Shown here in pieces: positions 16,281-18,649 of a stretch of 18,649 nucleotides of DNA. Each line of letters opens with the position of its first letter. Position 1 is the first letter of the stretch. The notes under the pieces are model-generated. The model did no database searches. It saw only the letters and a program-made list of their open reading frames with translations, and had not been told where the DNA came from. Origin of the DNA: Candidatus Coatesbacteria bacterium (GTDB taxonomy: Bacteria > RBG-13-66-14 > B26-G2 > WVWN01 > G020348885); the NCBI GenBank assembly GCA_020348885.1, contig CP070755.1, positions 747,734 through 766,382 of the forward strand, in the 5' to 3' direction. The position numbers and the translations under genes were made by a program.

Positions 16281-17075
16281 CTACTGCGGCAGCGGTTTAA
16301 TATCGTACTTGCTGAGGGACGATTCGAAAGTATAATGCGGACCGTTCGGGTATCCGATTTCGTCACCGGACATCTTGACGGTTCCCTTTTCCGGCTTGAA
16401 CCAGAAGTACTGCTCGAAATCGATTTTACTTTCGCCGCCCTGGGTTAAGTAGTAGGTAACGTATAAATTGCGCCGGATTTTGTACGCGTCGGTAAATATA
16501 CCGATTTCAGTGGTTACGTCTCCCTTCACAACCGTCGAGCAGTTAACCTCCACGTCCACCGTATCGTCGTGACCGTCGTTGTCTATATCGGCGGGCAACC
16601 CAATCGCCAGCGGCGAGATTCCCGTAACATTTACGACTTGCCAACTGGTACCGACCGAAAAGGGATATTCGGCCCAGAACCATACCGGATCGAAATAAAC
16701 CGAGTCGGTCATACCACGCGTCCCGTCGTAGTACTCGCGCCCGAACATCTTGTAAGTGTTCGTCTCGTTGTCCTGGACAAGGAAAACCTGATACGGCAGT
16801 TCGCCGTCTACGGCCCTTACGAAGTTCTGTACGGCCTCGTTGCCAATGACCGTCGAACCGTCGAAAGTATAGGTAACCGAGAACGGGTCGCCCAGGGGAA
16901 CGTTATTCTGATACCGCTGGTACGTATAAATCCAATAACTCTCGTCCGTATTGGGCAGGTAAGTCGGTATCTGTTCGTCAGGCGGCGTGGTTCCGTCTTC
17001 GGTGCATCCGACGGTAATAACCAAAAAAACGGCCGTTAAAAGCGCGGAGGTTAAAATGAAGCCGTTTTTTCTCAT
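16281..17075 (-). CDS. Putative lipoprotein of unknown function
   Basis: The signal peptide ends in a lipobox-like 'ITVG|C' (MRKNGFILTSALLTAVFLVITVGC). The mature part is rich in Tyr/Trp/Asp with 'DIDNDGHDDTVDVEV'. A strong RBS GGGAGAGGAG precedes the ATG. The start lies 45 nt downstream of the tRNA-Arg 3' end. No family was recognised. Confidence 0.5.
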   Translation of the reverse strand: MRKNGFILTSALLTAVFLVITVGCTEDGTTPPDEQIPTYLPNTDESYWIYTYQRYQNNVPLGDPFSVTYTFDGSTVIGNEAVQNFVRAVDGELPYQVFLVQDNETNTYKMFGREYYDGTRGMTDSVYFDPVWFWAEYPFSVGTSWQVVNVTGISPLAIGLPADIDNDGHDDTVDVEVNCSTVVKGDVTTEIGIFTDAYKIRRNLYVTYYLTQGGESKIDFEQYFWFKPEKGTVKMSGDEIGYPNGPHYTFESSLSKYDIKPLPQ

Positions 17076-17119
17076 TTCTCCTCTCCCAGCGCCGAGGTAA
17101 TGGTTTTTAGGCGAAATTA

Positions 17120-17193
17120 CGCGCCCGGAGGGATTCGAACCCCCAGCCTACGGATCCGTAGTCCGTTGCTCTATCCAATTGAGCCACGGGCGC
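17120..17193 (-). tRNA. tRNA-Arg (anticodon ACG)
   Basis: The - strand reads GCGCCCG-TG-GCTC-AATTGGATA-GAGC-A-ACGGA-CTACGGA-TCCGT-AGGCT-GGGGG-TTCGAAT-CCCTC-CGGGCGC-G. It folds as a perfect 7-bp acceptor stem with U8, G18G19 in the D-loop, a 5-bp anticodon stem, loop C-U-ACG-G-A, a T-loop TTCGAAT and a G·U pair in the T-stem. That G·U pair would be an A·C mismatch on the other strand. The discriminator is G and CCA is not encoded. Confidence 0.85.
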
Positions 17194-17208
17194 CCGTCGT
17201 TCGGCTAG

Positions 17209-17237
17209 AATATACCTTAACCGTTTTCGACTGTCAA
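17209..17237 (-). promoter_or_regulatory. Near-consensus sigma70-type promoter for tRNA-Arg (TTGACA-N17-TATATT)
   Basis: The - strand reads …aaCTTGACAgtcgaaaacggttaaggTATATTctagccgaacgacgg[tRNA]. The -35 is perfect, the spacer is 17 nt, the -10 matches 5 of 6, and the -10 lies 15 nt upstream of the mature tRNA 5' end. Confidence 0.55.
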
Positions 17238-17296
17238 GTTATATCGGGTGTTCGTTTTTCGGCGGGGCCGCCCGGCGGAATGGACTAACAAACCTG

Positions 17297-17325
17297 TTGA
17301 CATACGGCTCTTGGCGGTTTAATAT
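17297..17325 (+). promoter_or_regulatory. Near-consensus sigma70-type promoter on the + strand (TTGACA-N17-TAATAT), divergent from the tRNA promoter and facing a 250-bp ORF-free A+T-rich region
   Basis: The sequence is ctgTTGACAtacggctcttggcggttTAATATcc, with a perfect -35, a 17-nt spacer and a -10 matching 5 of 6. No ≥60-aa ORF lies downstream before the convergent flotillin gene. Confidence 0.45.
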
Positions 17326-17576
17326 CCTTACGCACCCGACATACGAAGGGGGGTTCGTAATATAGAATGAAGTATTCCTTGATCCACGTGGTACCTTCAT
17401 CGTATATCCTCATATATTTTTAATCCATCTATACAGAAGAGGATATATTATACGCCTTGGAGTGTATAATAATCCTCCTACCTTCCATTAGACCGCGCGG
17501 AAGCCGAACCCGATCCTGAATCCCACTTAGCATGCATAGGAAAACCGCTCGCTAACGAGCCCACGGCCTACCTACT

Positions 17577-18649
17577 TTATTCGCTTTTTTTATCCAGCTG
17601 CTCTTTCACCCCTTCAAGGAGTTCTACAAATGCAGCGGCATTAGGGTTATCCTTCATAGCGGATACTAGTGCGCCAGAGTTCAGGATTGCCTTCAGGATA
17701 CCCATAGGAAGTTGGGTTGCGAGATTTCCAAAGAAATCTCCAGCTTCTCCACTTCCGATTACGGTAACGTCGTTGATGGACTTAAGGGGCTCGTTCATCG
17801 CACCGACTACGGGAGCGAACGCCTTTACTATCTCCGGAGCTTGGTCCAGGATAAGCAGGAGCTTTCCTGTATCGTCTAGCTTGGCGAAGGCATCCGCCAA
17901 CTTATCCTTACCCGTGGCTTCAGCCTCCAGGGCTGCCTCGATACCTGCAGCTTCGGCAAGTTTATTGGCCTTAACGCCGTCGGCTTCGGCTATCTTTACC
18001 TCGCGCATCTTGGCAGCGTTACCCTTAGCTTCGGCTTCGGCTGTAACTTGTATCCTGGTAGCGTCACCCTCAGCGCGGGCTATAGTTGCGTTCTTATCCC
18101 CCTCGGCAACAGCCACCGCAGCTGTAGCTTTAGCCTCCGCGGGAGCTATCTCCTGATACTTGAGCTCCTCTTCGACCTTGTCTCTGGTAATCATGGCCAG
18201 CTCTTTACGCTCCGCTTCGACGGCTTTCTTGGCTTCCGCTTCCGCCAGTGGACCTGCCTGATTGGCCCTATTGGCCTCGGCTTCGGACAAAGCGCGGAAC
18301 TTGGCGGAGTTTACATCCAGTTCCTTCTGTGCCTCGGCGATGCCAATGCCGGCTTCTTTCTCCGCTTTCTCGGCAGCCAATCTCTGCGCAGCTTCTACCG
18401 TCCTAGCTTCAGCTTCGGCTACGGCACGGGCTTTCCTGGATTCAGATACTACCTGAGCAGTCCTCTTCATTTCCAGAGCGTCCAAGTAGCTCTCGCGTCC
18501 ATCTTCGAATTCTCTGTCGCCTACTTCCTGGATGGTGAATACATCTATTTCCAGACCTAGCTTTTCGAGGTCGTCGGCAGCGTACTTTACGACTCTCTCT
18601 GCGAAGGCTTTCCTATCCTCGATGAGGGCTTCTATCGTCATCTCGCCGA
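17577..18649 (-). CDS. Flotillin (SPFH/band-7 family, FloT/YqiK-like), C-terminal ~355 aa. The reading frame is open to the window edge, so the gene is 5'-truncated by the window.
   Basis: Ala/Glu/Lys-rich coiled-coil 'EA-repeat' region is followed by '…KLLLILDQAPEIVKAFAPVVGAMNEPLKSINDVTVIGSGEAG', which matches the conserved flotillin C-terminus (…LP.ia.a.a.pL..i..i.vi..G…). The ORF continues in-frame (…GE-M-TIEAL…) past position 18649, so the listed Met is internal. A hairpin GCTCG-CTAA-CGAGC plus TTTT on the - strand just after the stop (17546..17559) is a possible terminator. Confidence 0.75.
   Translation of the reverse strand, partial: GEMTIEALIEDRKAFAERVVKYAADDLEKLGLEIDVFTIQEVGDREFEDGRESYLDALEMKRTAQVVSESRKARAVAEAEARTVEAAQRLAAEKAEKEAGIGIAEAQKELDVNSAKFRALSEAEANRANQAGPLAEAEAKKAVEAERKELAMITRDKVEEELKYQEIAPAEAKATAAVAVAEGDKNATIARAEGDATRIQVTAEAEAKGNAAKMREVKIAEADGVKANKLAEAAGIEAALEAEATGKDKLADAFAKLDDTGKLLLILDQAPEIVKAFAPVVGAMNEPLKSINDVTVIGSGEAGDFFGNLATQLPMGILKAILNSGALVSAMKDNPNAAAFVELLEGVKEQLDKKSE

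Noticed and set aside
17255-17280. The G+C-rich block (TTTTTCGGCGGGGCCGCCCGGCGGAA) between the divergent promoters, considered as a bidirectional terminator.
   Set aside because: The T-run precedes rather than follows the stem on the + strand, and an A-run follows it on the - strand. It does not fit an intrinsic terminator in either direction. It could be a protein-binding site, but the evidence is insufficient.
17367-17423. An 18-codon hydrophobic micro-ORF (MKYSLIHVVPSSYILIYF) downstream of the + strand orphan promoter.
   Set aside because: It is too short to support from sequence alone, and the spacing of the G-rich RBS-like element is slightly long. It is kept only as part of the intergenic finding and not called as a CDS.
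18639-18641. The Met at 18641 as the true start of the flotillin gene.
   Set aside because: The frame stays open upstream to the last base of the window, and the SPFH domain expected N-terminal to this region is missing. The gene is truncated by the window and is not a 354-aa protein.
1-18649. A search for CRISPR arrays, IS elements, transposase or integrase genes, rRNA, direct-repeat-flanked insertions at the tRNA, and any reverse transcriptase or template-repeat/variable-repeat pair that would indicate a diversity-generating retroelement acting on the large secreted protein.
   Set aside because: No regularly spaced direct repeats, no transposase-, integrase- or RT-like ORFs, and no duplicated tRNA 3' segment were seen by eye. 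Absence is based on visual inspection only.

Overview
The window reads as a cell-envelope and glycan locus from a G+C-rich, CpG-rich bacterium. The gene content suggests an anaerobic member of the Fibrobacteres–Chlorobi–Bacteroidetes (FCB)-type lineages, but this is an inference that cannot be verified here. Nearly all genes lie on the minus strand in one co-directional block (2745..17193). The + strand carries a low-G+C polytopic membrane protein (36..1508), probably a GT-C-type glycosyltransferase or polymerase. Next to it is a clear AmmeMemoRadiSam-type radical SAM enzyme (1625..2638) with no AMMECR1/Memo partner in the window. On the - strand there is a tight operon: two GT4 glycosyltransferases, type III pantothenate kinase (coaX), an unknown lipoprotein and a lone 2-hydroxyacyl-CoA-dehydratase D-component (HGD-D)-family protein. 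Upstream of that is a monocistronic tatA with its own extended -10 promoter and a canonical terminator. Further upstream is the most notable module: a 1413-aa gingipain-like C25 peptidase with a type-A type IX secretion system (T9SS) C-terminal sorting domain, immediately followed by a PorV/PorQ-family outer-membrane beta-barrel. Beyond that lie a tandem pair of paralogous GT-B glycosyltransferases whose reading frames overlap by one nucleotide (TAGTG), a second unknown lipoprotein and tRNA-Arg(ACG). A 380-bp A+T-rich non-coding stretch beside the tRNA carries two divergent near-consensus sigma70 promoters and inverted repeats. The window ends in a flotillin (SPFH-family) gene that is truncated by the edge and has visibly different codon usage. 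No CRISPR array, transposase, integrase or rRNA was seen. The most novel-looking signal is a T9SS cargo protein, a PorV/PorQ-type shuttle/anchor barrel and five or more glycosyltransferases in one compact co-directional cluster, possibly a cargo-anchoring glycan module. Smaller signals are the lone radical SAM and HGD-D genes and the promoter-rich region next to the tRNA.
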